A DNA stretch of 63,485 nt, the filler included, from Octopus bimaculoides (Eukaryota), in NCBI RefSeq assembly GCF_001194135.2. It is 6 parts of 5 records of this genome, joined end to end, with 100 filler letters (N's around TTAATTAATTAA, not from the genome) between each part and the next. Parts side by side here need not be neighbours in the genome. Positions count along the whole stretch, not along the records: positions 1 to 14,668 come from NC_068993.1; 5 more parts are not named here. One strand, written 5' to 3'. The notes below the pieces were generated by a model. It saw nothing but the letters and a program-made list of their open reading frames with translations. It searched no databases and was not told the DNA's origin. Both the position numbers and the translations under genes were made by a program. Below, piece after piece: positions 1 to 12,148 of this stretch. Within the stretch, counting starts at the first letter, position 1; the number at the start of each line of letters is the position of its first letter.

Positions 1-368
1 TTGTTTCAGTCATTTGACTGCGGCCATGCTGGAGCACCGACTTTAGTTGAAGAAATCGACCCCCCCCCAGGACTCATTCTTTGTATGCCTAGTACTTATT
101 CTATCGGCACCCTTTTGCTAAACCGTTACGTTACGGGGACGTAAACACACCAATATCGGTTGTCAGGCAATGGTTGGTGGGCAAGCTCACACACACGCAC
201 ACATATGTATACACGACGGGCTTTTTTCAGTTTCGGTCTACCAAATCCACTCACAAGTCTTTGGTCGGGCCGAATCCATGATAGAAAACACTTGCCCATG
301 GTGCCATGCAGCGGGACTGAACACGGAACCATGGCAGTGTTGCAAGCTTTTTACAACACAGCCATGTC
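1..368 (-). mobile_element. Octopus-type tRNA-derived SINE, family A (window-local label), near full length
   Basis: Reverse complement matches the copies at 41790-42195, 52415-52620 and 39625-39797 (GGTTC..GTTCAGTCCC head; GGCGGTGCTCCAGCATGGCCGCAGTCAAATGACTGAAACA tail). Confidence 0.85.
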
Positions 369-692
369 CGTTATATATTAGTTACATATAAGGTAAACAG
401 GATTAAGAACCGAATGAAGGCACTCGTCTTCGTTCTGTTGGTTGGTTGCACACATCAGACATAAGTGAGACGTGGACGACTTACGTATACAGCTGACCTA
501 AACACCGATTGAATGAAAGCTAGATTTGTCTATATAATCCTGTTTACCTGTCAAACGAGAAAGATGTATAAGAACGCACACACCATTACCATAAGATTGT
601 ATGAAACATTTATATAATTTTTGTGACTAAAAATAAGCAACGCTTAGACGCATAAACATGAATATACACTCACAACAGAAAATAAATACGTT

Positions 693-885
693 GGCGGTGA
701 GGTGGCAGAAACGTTAGCACGCCGGGCGAAATGCTTAGCGGTGTTTCGTGTGTCTTTATCTTCTGAGTTCAAATTCCATCGAGATCGACTTTGCCTTTCA
801 TCCTTTCGAAATCGATAAATTAAGTACCAGTTGTGTACTGTGTCGATCTAATCGACTGACCGCCGCCTCCCCAAAAATTGCTATT
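693..885 (+). mobile_element. tRNA-derived SINE, family B (short-tail variant)
   Basis: Head GGCG..GCTGGCAGAAACGTTAGCACGCCGGGCGAAATGCTTAGCGG plus GCCTTTCATCCTTTCG..TCGATAAATTAAGTACCAG core; about 15 copies in the window. Confidence 0.9.
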
Positions 886-1835
886 GCTATTTCACGGATT
901 TTCACCTATCGCGGGGGCTTTTGGAACGTAACACTCACGATAGTCGAGGGATTACTGCATATATATATATTTATATGTATATATATATATATATATATTA
1001 TTAATTTATTAATAAATTAATAATCCTTTACCCTATGAATTAAATTAATGAATTCAACGGGATACACCGTCTGCAAGTAGTTGGGTTCAGCATATTATCC
1101 TCCATTTTCTAATTGTTACACAAATTTTGGGTAAAACTTCCACTTTTACCCGCTCCCATTGATTGCACCTAGTATAGCACTAGCGTAGCAATAATTGGGT
1201 ACCCTCCCAGCAGTATACTGGATAGACACTATCCCTTAGTGGGTTCACAACACACGCTCATGACCACGCACACGCACACAAATATGCAAAAACACGCGCT
1301 CGCCCACGCTCACATACAAACATACACACACATATACATATACACGATCATACACACACACACACACATATATATTCATAAACGATTCTATCTTGCCGTT
1401 CATTCACCCATTCCCGCAGACGTGTATCTAAAGGAAACCAACTTGTCAGACAGTCTGGAAGTCGCACAGTCTCTCCGCCAGACGGCCAGACTATTACACC
1501 CACACTTCCCCAGGCACTCAAGCAAAAGGCGTATGTGNNNNNNNNNNGGACGTGAACGTTGATTAAAAACGATCTGTAAGTTGCAGAAATTCGACCATCA
1601 GGTGCTTCTCGGTGGTAGATAACATGCCTTGATAAGACGTACACCAACCGCAAAGATACCCAAATATATATTCATGTATGTATGTATGTGTGTGTGTATA
1701 CACACACACACACATATATAAAGAGAGAGAGAGAGATGCTTATGCTTTTAGTAACCCACTATCAATTCCTGTTTGTGCATGTTCCTGTCTGTGTGTGAGT
1801 ATGAAGGCGTGCATGTGTTTGTATGTGTTTAGCTA

Positions 1836-1920
<85 letters not shown>

Positions 1921-1936
1921 CTAAACATAATGTTTA

Positions 1937-2177
1937 CTTCTCAAACTCTCTTTCATGGGGTCGAAGAGATGATAGTCCAGTGACGATGATAGTCCAGTGA
2001 CGAGGAATTGAAAACTGTAGTGAAGAAGTGGCTCAAAGAAGAGTCAACAGAATTTTACGGGGCAGGGATACAAGCTCTCATTCGAAGTTGGAACATTGCT
2101 ATTGACAGAAACTGTGACTATGTTGAGAAGTAGGGATGTGATCCACAGAGTACCGGCTTCATTTTGATGTATGATAC
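1937..2177 (+). mobile_element. Mariner transposase 3' fragment (degenerate)
   Basis: Translates to SDEELKTVVKKWLKEESTEFYGAGIQALIRSWNIAIDRNCDYVEK*, a mariner C-terminus; close paralog at 44285-44573. Confidence 0.85.
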
Positions 2178-2344
2178 AACATATGCTTGCATATGTATGC
2201 CCAAGGTTAACATAGGTAATTACACCGGTAGTAAAACGGATATTTTTATCACTTAGACGGTTATTCCAACATCTAACTCAACTAACCTTATATATATACA
2301 TATATATTTATATATACACACACATAAATATGTGTCTGTGTGTG

Positions 2345-2590
2345 TGTGTGTCTTCGTTCCTGCTTTTGTTCCCCACTTCCTCTTGATAATCAGTGTTAGT
2401 GTGTTCACACCGTGTTACTTTGCGGTTCGGCTAAAGAGACCAATAAAAAAATTCACCAGGCTTTAAAAAGATAATAATAATAAAAGAAAAAGAATTAAAT
2501 ATTGGGTCGATTCGTTCGAATAAGATTTTCAAGGCGTTGCCTAAGCATAGCCACAACCAAATGACTGAAGAAAATAAACGATAAAAGATC
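2345..2590 (+). mobile_element. Degenerate family A SINE 3' half
   Basis: GCGGTTCGGCTAAAGAGACC and CCAAATGACTGAA motifs shared with the other family A copies. Confidence 0.65.
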
Positions 2591-2768
2591 TATTCATTCT
2601 TAAATTTGTCTTCAAATTGGCCAGGAAAACCTCTGCTGTTTATTTTATTATTCCTCCACCCACTGCATTAAATATTCGAAAGCCTTCAGTATATTATACA
2701 TATCATGCGAAACGCTAGCTCGAGGCGTTTCCCTCTTCCTATTGTATGTACATACATAAATACATGCG

Positions 2769-2841
<73 letters not shown>

Positions 2842-3419
2842 GTATGTATATGCATATACGTTTGTATACATTCGACCATATTTAAGAAATAGAATAAAAT
2901 GCGAACACTTATGAAACATAAGTGTTACGGGGGAAAAACATATAAATATTGGCATAAACAAAACAGAAATCTAATTGACTCTATCATATGGGAAATTCTC
3001 TTAAAAAAAAAAAATCAAATAAGAAGTGTAATGAAAGAAATCAGAAAATATCGGAAAAAAATATAATAAAAAAACTGCATTGAAAAATAATAATCTAAAA
3101 GAAAAAAAATTGTAAACACGAAATAAAAAAAAAAGAACGTGCGTAATAAAACTCAACAAAAAATTTTAAAAATATAAATGAAATATTAAAAATGTATTGA
3201 TAATATTTCTAAAAATTCTGAAACATCAAAAATATCAAAAATATACAAGGGCACTATATTGTAAGGAAAGAAATAGATAAAGCAAAAAACATTAAGCAGT
3301 AAATAAAAATATGCGTATTCTATGATATAATATATATATATGGATATGTATGCATCATACATGTAGATGTAGGTATGTACATACATGTACGTATATATGC
3401 ATATACTCACATATTATTT

Positions 3420-3422
3420 GTA

Positions 3423-3484
<62 letters not shown>

Positions 3485-3616
3485 TATGTGTGTGTATGTA
3501 TATAAGCATATATATGCCTTTTAAAAAGTATTTAAAAAATAATTAACAGCTATGTATAAGTACAATAAAGATTTTTTATAAATTTAAACAAAAGAGAAGG
3601 AAATGTTTACAAATAT

Positions 3617-3653
<37 letters not shown>

Positions 3654-3890
3654 GAAGAAGAAGAAGAAGAAGAACAACAACAACAACAACAGCAACAACA
3701 AACAGAAGGGAAAGAAGAAAAAGAAGATGATGACGATGATGAGGTGGATGAGGAGGAGGAGGAGGAGGAGGAGGGAGATGATGAGGAGGAGGAGTAGAGA
3801 GACGATGACGACAACGAAGATGATGTTAATGAGGATGATGATGGAGATGATCCTGATGCCAATCATAATAACACTATTAACCATAGGAAT
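3420..3890. repeat. Compound trinucleotide microsatellite (ATT; AAT-AAG-AAC-GAT-GAG blocks)
   Basis: Directly visible; explains the poly-S/Y/L/R ORFs in the track. Confidence 0.95.
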
Positions 3891-4426
3891 AATAAAGGTA
3901 ACAAAAAAATAACAGTAAAAAAAAATATACATAAAAAAATGAAATAAAGGAGAAATATAAAATAAAAACAATAATACAATGTAGAAATTATCAATTCCAT
4001 AAAAAAAAACATCGAAATAAATTGTATACACAAATATTAAACATTAAACAAAATTATAAACACAGAAAAAAATATTAAAAATATACATGAAAAATAAATA
4101 CAATAACATTTCTAAAAATGCAAATTATAAACACAGTAATTAAGAAAATATTTAGGGAAAAATTTAGAAATTATATATATAATTAAAGACGTATAAACGA
4201 TCTATATCAATAAAAAAGGTAAACACAATAAATAAGGAATAATAATTAGGAATATGAGAAAAATAATATTTTGAAGAAAATATTGTAAACAACAAAATTT
4301 TTATGAATAGAGAAGTTAAGCTTCATTTTTTAAGCGATTTATGAATAGATATATAATACCGTCCAGACATTCCCCAAGCAATGTAAAACTCTTAATCGAA
4401 ATACATTAAGATAAGCTATACGTGTT

Positions 4427-4457
<31 letters not shown>

Positions 4458-4464
<7 letters not shown>

Positions 4465-4548
4465 CTCTCGTTCCCTCTTCGTCTCTTTATAAATGTAAGT
4501 ATGAATATAGACATGTAGATGTCTATATATATATATGTATATATATAC

Positions 4549-4610
<62 letters not shown>

Positions 4611-4694
4611 CTCTCGTTCCCTCTTCGTCTCTTTATAAATGTAAGTATGAATATAGACATGTAGATGTCTATATATATATATGTATATATATAC

Positions 4695-4730
<36 letters not shown>
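4458..4730 (+). repeat. Tandem duplication, period about 146 bp, units joined by (TA)n
   Basis: CACACACCTCTCGTTCCCTCTTCGTCTCTTTATAAATGTAAGTATGAATATAGACATGTAGATGTC occurs identically from 4458 and from 4604. Confidence 0.9.
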
Positions 4731-4733
<3 letters not shown>

Positions 4734-4912
4734 GATAGATAGATATATATGTAGATAGATAGATAATTAGATAGATAGATAGATAGATAGATATGTGAGT
4801 GTGTTCATGTGAGCAAGTGTGGGCAATGTTATTTGCATTTGCTTTTTCTGTTTTCTTTTGTGTATATGTATGTGTGTGTGAGACTGTGCGCATATGTGTG
4901 TGTGTTTGCGTA

Positions 4913-4943
<31 letters not shown>

Positions 4944-6060
4944 GCATTGTTTGCAAGTAGATTCTTGAAAAATCAAAGACACGTATGTGGTCTGACTTTG
5001 CCAAGATGATGCTTCGGGCGATGGAATCGTAAACTCTGCGTAATATATATAAATACACATACATATATATACTTACACAAACACACACACGTATATGAAT
5101 GTATGTTTGTTTGTGAATTTTGTATTCATGTATGTATGTAAGTATATATATATATATATATATATATATNNNNNNNNNNNNNNNNNNNNNNNNNNNNNNN
5201 NNNNNNNNNNNNNNNNNNNNNNNNNNNNNNNNNNNNNNNNNNNNNNNNNNNNNNNNNNNNNNNNNNNNNNNNNNNNNNNNNNNNNNNNNNNNNNNNNNNN
5301 NNNNNNNNNNNNNNNNNNNNNNNNNNNNNNNNNNNNNNNNNNNNNNNNNNNNNNNNNNNNNNNNNNNNNNNNNNNNNNNNNNNNNNNNNNNNNNNNNNNN
5401 NNNNNNNNNNNNNNNNNNNNNNNNNNNNNNNNNNNNNNNNNNNNNNNNNNNNNNNNNNNNNNNNNNNNNNNNNNNNNNNNNNNNNNNNNNNNNNNNNNNN
5501 NNNNNNNNNNNNNNNNNNNNNNNNNNNNNNNNNNNNNNNNNNNNNNNNNNNNNNNNNNNNNNNNNNNNNNNNNNNNNNNNNNNNNNNNNNNNNNNNNNNN
5601 NNNNNNNNNNNNNNNNNNNNNNNNNNNNNNNNNNNNNNNNNNNNNNNNNNNNNNNNNNNNNNNNNNNNNNNNNNNNNNNNNNNNNNNNNNNNNNNNNNNN
5701 NNNNNNNNNNNNNNNNNNNNNNNNNNNNNNNNNNNNNNNNNNNNNNNNNNNNNNNNNNNNNNNNNNNNNNNNNNNNNNNNNNNNNNNNNNNNNNNNNNNN
5801 NNNNNNNNNNNNNNNNNNNNNNNNNNNNNNNNNNNNNNNNNNNNNNNNNNNNNNNNNNNNNNNNNNNNNNNNNNNNNNNNNNNNNNNNNNNNNNNNNNNN
5901 NNNNNNNNNNNNNNNNNNNNNNNNNNNNNNNNNNNNNNNNNNNNNNNNNNNNNNNNNNNNNNNNNNNNNNNNNNNNNNNNNNNNNNNNNNNNNNNNNNNN
6001 NNNNNNNNNNNNNNNNNNNNNNNNNNNNNNNNNNNNNNNNNNNNNNNNNNNNNNNNNNNN

Positions 6061-6069
6061 GCTAATTTA

Positions 6070-6112
<43 letters not shown>

Positions 6113-6775
6113 GTTGTTGTTGTTGTTGTTGTTGTTGTTATCATTATTATTATGTCTACTCATGAAAGTAATCTTAGATTCCTTTAAATTCTGCTAATGA
6201 TCAATTCCAGCATTGCTTCGTCATTTCTCTTCGATCCCCGCCATTATAGTTTTCTGATGCATATAATTCCCTCCTTATATTTTTCATATATTTCTTCCTT
6301 TCCCCTTCATCCCCTGATGTTGCTTCTTGTTCTTTCTCATGCATACCATTCTTATCTCTCTCTTTTCGTCCTCCTTCTACATCACGATCATAATGGCAGC
6401 CATTACTATAATCATTATCAGTTTTACTACATACATAACGACCACCACCACTACCACAACTACCACCACCATCAACAATGTCATCACCATCACCAACATC
6501 ATCATTGTCATCATCATCGTCATCATTTCTTCTTCTTCTTCTTCTTCTTCTTCTTCTTGTGCTTCTACGAATAGTTCTTCCTTTCTTCTTCTCTTCAGAT
6601 TCACTTTCTTCTTCTTCTTCGTTTTCATCGTCGTCGTCGTCGACATCGTCATCATCATCATCATCACCTTCTTCTTCTTCTTCATCCTCCTCCTCATTCT
6701 CTTCCTCTTCCACAACCTCCTCTTCCTCCCCTTTCCCTTCCCCCTTCTCTTCCTTCCACCGCCCACAGACTAACC
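6061..6775. repeat. Compound trinucleotide microsatellite region (ATT/GTT; ACC-ATC-CTT-GTC-CTC)
   Basis: Directly visible low-complexity triplet blocks. Confidence 0.95.
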
Positions 6776-8001
6776 ACAAGCAGCTGTGACGACAAACATT
6801 CCCAGTAAATGTTGTTCCCATGTCTTACATTAAGAGGATTAAGTCGGTCATCAAATCCGATTCTGATCCCATCTTTCTGCCGTTACACACACACGCACAC
6901 GCATATATATTCATACACACGCACACACACACAAACACACAAACACCCATATATATTCACACAGGACACGCACACACACGTATACCTATATATNNNNNNN
7001 NNNNNNNNNNNNNNNNNNNNNNNNNNNNNNNNNNNNNNNNNNNNNNNNNNNNNNNNNNNNNNNNNNNNNNNNNNNNNNNNNNNNNNNNNNNNNNNNNNNN
7101 NNNNNNNNNNNNNNNNNNNNNNNNNNNNNNNNNNNNNNNNNNNNNNNNNNNNNNNNNNNNNNNNNNNNNNNNNNNNNNNNNNNNNNNNNNNNNNNNNNNN
7201 NNNNNNNNNNNNNNNNNNNNNNNNNNNNNNNNNNNNNNNNNNNNNNNNNNNNNNNNNNNNNNNNNNNNNNNNNNNNNNNNNNNNNNNNNNNNNNNNNNNN
7301 NNNNNNNNNNNNNNNNNNNNNNNNNNNNNNNNNNNNNNNNNNNNNNNNNNNNNNNNNNNNNNNNNNNNNNNNNNNNNNNNNNNNNNNNNNNNNNNNNNNN
7401 NNNNNNNNNNNNNNNNNNNNNNNNNNNNNNNNNNNNNNNNNNNNNNNNNNNNNNNNNNNNNNNNNNNNNNNNNNNNNNNNNNNNNNNNNNNNNNNNNNNN
7501 NNNNNNNNNNNNNNNNNNNNNNNNNNNNNNNNNNNNNNNNNNNNNNNNNNNNNNNNNNNNNNNNNNNNNNNNNNNNNNNNNNNNNNNNNNNNNNNNNNNN
7601 NTATATATATATATATATATACATGTATATATGTATATATACGTAAATATCTATCTATCAATATATTTGTCTGTATGTATATATGTATATATATATATAT
7701 ACACATATATATGTATATATGTATGTATATATGTAAGTATATATTTGTTTTATATATGTATACATGTATGTGTTATACGTATATGTGAATATATATATAC
7801 ATATGTACCTACAAACCCACAGGCACGCACACACGCGCGCACGCACGTACACACGCAAATATAACACATGCATCTATATATAATACACACACGCATGTAT
7901 AACTATACATATATACGGATAAACAACAGATAAACATACACATATCAATACAGGCATATAGATATATATGCATCTGCATATGTGTGTGTATGTGTGTGTG
8001 T

Positions 8002-8036
<35 letters not shown>

Positions 8037-8204
8037 TACAGTATACGACATCATATCTGCGTAAGCATAAATTTAAGATTCCCAAGGGAAGGTAGCCAAC
8101 AGCCGACCGACTATGTATCAATCATCTCAAACAATATAATTTAAAAGACTAGATTGGTCGTCCGTCGACATACTTTCACACCGAATACACGCATAAGTAC
8201 AAGA

Positions 8205-8415
8205 CGGCGAGCTGGCAAAATCATTAGCACGCCGGGCGAAATGCTTAGCGGTATTTCGTCTGTCTGCACGTTCTGAGTTCAAATTCCGTCGAGGTCGACT
8301 ATACCTTACATCCTTTCGGGGTCGATAAAATAAGTACCAGTTACATCCTGGATTCGATCTAATCGACTTACGCACTCTCTCGAAATTGCTGGCATTGTGC
8401 CAAAATTTGACACCA
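8205..8415 (+). mobile_element. Family B SINE
   Basis: GGCGAGCTGGC..TTAGCACGCCGGGCGAAATGCTTAGCGG head, GGGGTCGATAAAATAAGTACCAG core, AAATTGCTGGCATTGTGCCAAAATTTGA tail. Confidence 0.9.
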
Positions 8416-8846
8416 TTATTATTTATTGCTGTTGCGATTATTTTTTCTTTTTATCATCGTTGGTGTTTTTATAGCTGTTATTGATAGTCTTGCAACTTGT
8501 TGTTGTTGTTGTTGTTGTTGTTGTTTCTATTAATGTGTGTTAGGAAATTTCAGTATCAACGTTGATATTTTTCTGCCTCGTCAGCGTGTAAGATGAGTTG
8601 GCTTTGGGTAGATGTCTGGACCTCTTCCAACACGTCTCCCATTTCACTCAGCTTAGATTTCACTAAAGCAATCGAACCCCGTTCTACCGTCATTCTGTGT
8701 AAACAAACCCATACCGTATTTGTCGACACACACACACACATGTATGTATATTTGTGAATATATATATATATATATAGACACAAGTATACATATAGATGTA
8801 CTTGTATGTGTGTGTGTAGACAAATACGGTATCGGTTTGATAGCAC

Positions 8847-8934
<88 letters not shown>

Positions 8935-10519
8935 TTAAACCTGCATACGGCACGCTCGCCAACGAACATGCGAATACGTATTCATACATACATTCATACA
9001 AACTTATATACATACATGCAAACATACATATATATAGATTGCATATGTAAATGTATTTAAACACACACGCACACATACACACATAAACACATATACACAT
9101 ACATATGCATATGTGTATATATACACAGAAAATCGATGTATGTATGTGTCTGTGTGCAAATGACTATAGTCATATTTCTGTATGTATTTCGAAGTAAATT
9201 CCTAAAATACTATTTTCTTCCGAATTGTAATTAACGCTTCTTCAAGAAAAAAAAAGAAAAGAAAAAAGAAAAAAATTCAACTCTAATACCAGCAATTCGA
9301 CACGAACAGAGATCAATGAATTTCTAACTAATCTTAATATTGCGTTCGATTAAAAATTACAAATCGAAGTACTTGAAATCGCGATTAGAATATCTAAATA
9401 CCTGAAGCAACCTAAAATTCCACGTAAACGCGTTGCTACAGCATGGTCGAGTTCCACTTCATCTCAGTTTCATTTCTCCTCCTCACCCCAGCTTCATTAT
9501 TCCTTTAGTTCCTAATTTTCCCCCTCGCTCTATTTAACATTTTTACCCTATACAAATACCCTAAACGGTTCAAAATGCTCAGCCCTCCTCTGCATTTATA
9601 AAAGAGTTCATTTACTATTTAGTGCTTCTTCATCTGTCAGTGTATTGTGTCGATATTTTGCCAGATTGCACTCCATTAGTTGCATTAAAAAACATCAATG
9701 AAATTCCCCCGTATCTACGTAAGTACACAGCCTAATGCCAACAAATATCTATTATAATTAGAAAACCCAATTACTCAGAGGAACACAAATACATACAGAC
9801 AAATGTATGTATGTGCGTGTATAGGTTATGTATGTGTATCTGTAAGTATGTATACTTACGTGTATGTATGTTAATGTGTCGTAATTTTGGAACAAGACAG
9901 CCATTACCACATCGTTATTATAACGCACAATTGAGTAGAAATACATCTTAGACAAATGAAATTATCATTTCTGGCATTATTAGTTTTTTTTTTAATATAA
10001 ATATATATTTATTATATATTATTTATTGACAACAGCAATGACTTTATTGAATAAACGAATCATTTAATTACACGTTCGTTCTCTATTATAATCAAACCAT
10101 TTGATATACATACATATACACACACACATACACTCACATATATGTACGTATAAACAGAATTGATGTTTTAATTGTAAATTATATTGTTTTCCGTTTTGAC
10201 ATTTTTTGCTCCCTCTCTCTGTCTCTCTCTTTCTCTCTGTCTCTGTCTCTTTCTCTGTCTCTCTGTCTCTCTGTCTCTCTCTCTCTCTCTTCATCTTCCT
10301 TGCTCTCTCCATCTCCCTTGCACTCTTTTCATATGGAATTGATTCAATAAAAGCTAAGCGAAGCTCTATATTTATTCGTGTCATCTATCGATATGGCGAC
10401 CATCATAGAATTCAGTCTGTAATTAAGTAAGGACTTAATTCTTTCTGCCAGAGAAAAATGAATGTTTCCAAAGATAAGCCACATGAAAAAGAATAAAAAT
10501 ATTTGTCTCAAATATACTG

Positions 10520-10968
10520 AAATATTGGTTTGGTTGCGGATGCGGAGGGCGGAGGGGGTTAAATCGATTACATCGACACGAGTGTTCAACTGTACTTGGG
10601 GGGGGGGGGCAAAGGAAGAAAGGCAAGGCCAACCTCAGCGAAATTTGAACTCGGATTGTATAAACGGACTAAATGCCGCTAAGCTTTTTGTCGGGCGTGC
10701 TAACGATTCTGCCAGCTCGCTACTTGAATAATAATAATGATAATAATAATAATAATGATAAAAATAATAATAAAAGCACAAGGCCTGAAATTTGGGGGAG
10801 GGGGCTAGTCGATTACATTGACCTCAGCGTATCACAGGTACTTAATTTATTGAACCTGAAAGGAAGAAAAGCAAAGTCGATCTCGGCGGAATTTGAACTC
10901 AGAACACAGCCTCAGACGAAATGCCGCTAAGCATTTCGCCCGGTGTGCTAACGATTCTGCCAGCTCAC
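10520..10968 (-). mobile_element. Two tandem family B SINEs (about 10520-10722 and 10775-10968) separated by (AAT)n
   Basis: Both end in GCTAACGATTCTGCCAGCTC, the reverse complement of the B head. Confidence 0.85.
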
Positions 10969-10969
10969 T

Positions 10970-11335
10970 ACGTGAATGTGCATCTCTGATCACGAGCAGA
11001 AGTAGTTGGGGAACATCATAGCCATGTGTTGAGAGGAATTCTTTGGGGTTTGAATAATTCACCTCTGGAAACATGGGTGTTTCGTTCAATATCCTTAAAC
11101 AACCCTTATTCAAGGACCGTTTGAGCGGCATGGTCTACTCGACTTGAAGAAAATTCTAACTGGGCCCCACCTGCGAGGTCATGCGCTGTTTATCTTGATA
11201 TGAGATCACCATGTCATGCACATATGGTTGTGATGCATGTGCCTGGTGTACCCTTATCAGACGGGTAGTCATGATGGGTATACTGGGCTTCGTATATTTT
11301 ACCCCAGTGTCACTTCGATGGCATGCACTGCTCTA
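10970..11335. mobile_element. Probable interspersed repeat (LINE 3' end or SINE-like), family unassigned
   Basis: GC-richer block abutting a SINE head and ending at an A-rich run; resembles a common octopus repeat from recall, but no second copy is in the window. Confidence 0.4.
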
Positions 11336-12085
11336 AATAAAGAAATAAATAGATAAATAAATGAATAGATAAAAAAAACAACAGTGTCCCCGCATCCAAG
11401 TGGTGGAGTGGCGATTAATTATGGTTATAAGCTAAAAAGTAGCCAAAGTAGACGCAGCGCTNNNNNNNNNNNNNNNNNNNNNNNNNNNNNNNNNNNNNNN
11501 NNNNNNNNNNNNNNNNNNNNNNNNNNNNNNNNNNNNNNNNNNNNNNNNNNNNNNNNNNNNNNNNNNNNNNNNNNNNNNNNNNNNNNNNNNNNNNNNNNNN
11601 NNNNNNNNNNNNNNNNNNNNNNNNNNNNNNNNNNNNNNNNNNNNNNNNNNNNNNNNNNNNNNNNNNNNNNNNNNNNNNNNNNNNNNNNNNNNNNNNNNNN
11701 NNNNNNNNNNNNNNNNNNNNNNNNNNNNNNNNNNNNNNNNNNNNNNNNNNNNNNNNNNNNNNNNNNNNNNNNNNNNNNNNNNNNNNNNNNNNNNNNNNNN
11801 NNNNNNNNNNNNNNNNNNNNNNNNNNNNNNNNNNNNNNNNNNNNNNNNNNNNNNNNNNNNNNNNNNNNNNNNNNNNNNNNNNNNNNNNNNNNNNNNNNNN
11901 NNNNNNNNNNNNNNNNNNNNNNNNNNNNNNNNNNNNNNNNNNNNNNNNNNNNNNNNNNNNNNNNNNNNNNNNNNNNNNNNNNNNNNNNNNNNNNNNNNNN
12001 NNNNNNNNNNNNNNNNNNNNNNNNNNNNNNNNNNNNNNNNNNNNNNNNNNNNNNNNNNNNNNNNNNNNNNNNNNNNNNNNNNNNN

Positions 12086-12148
<63 letters not shown>

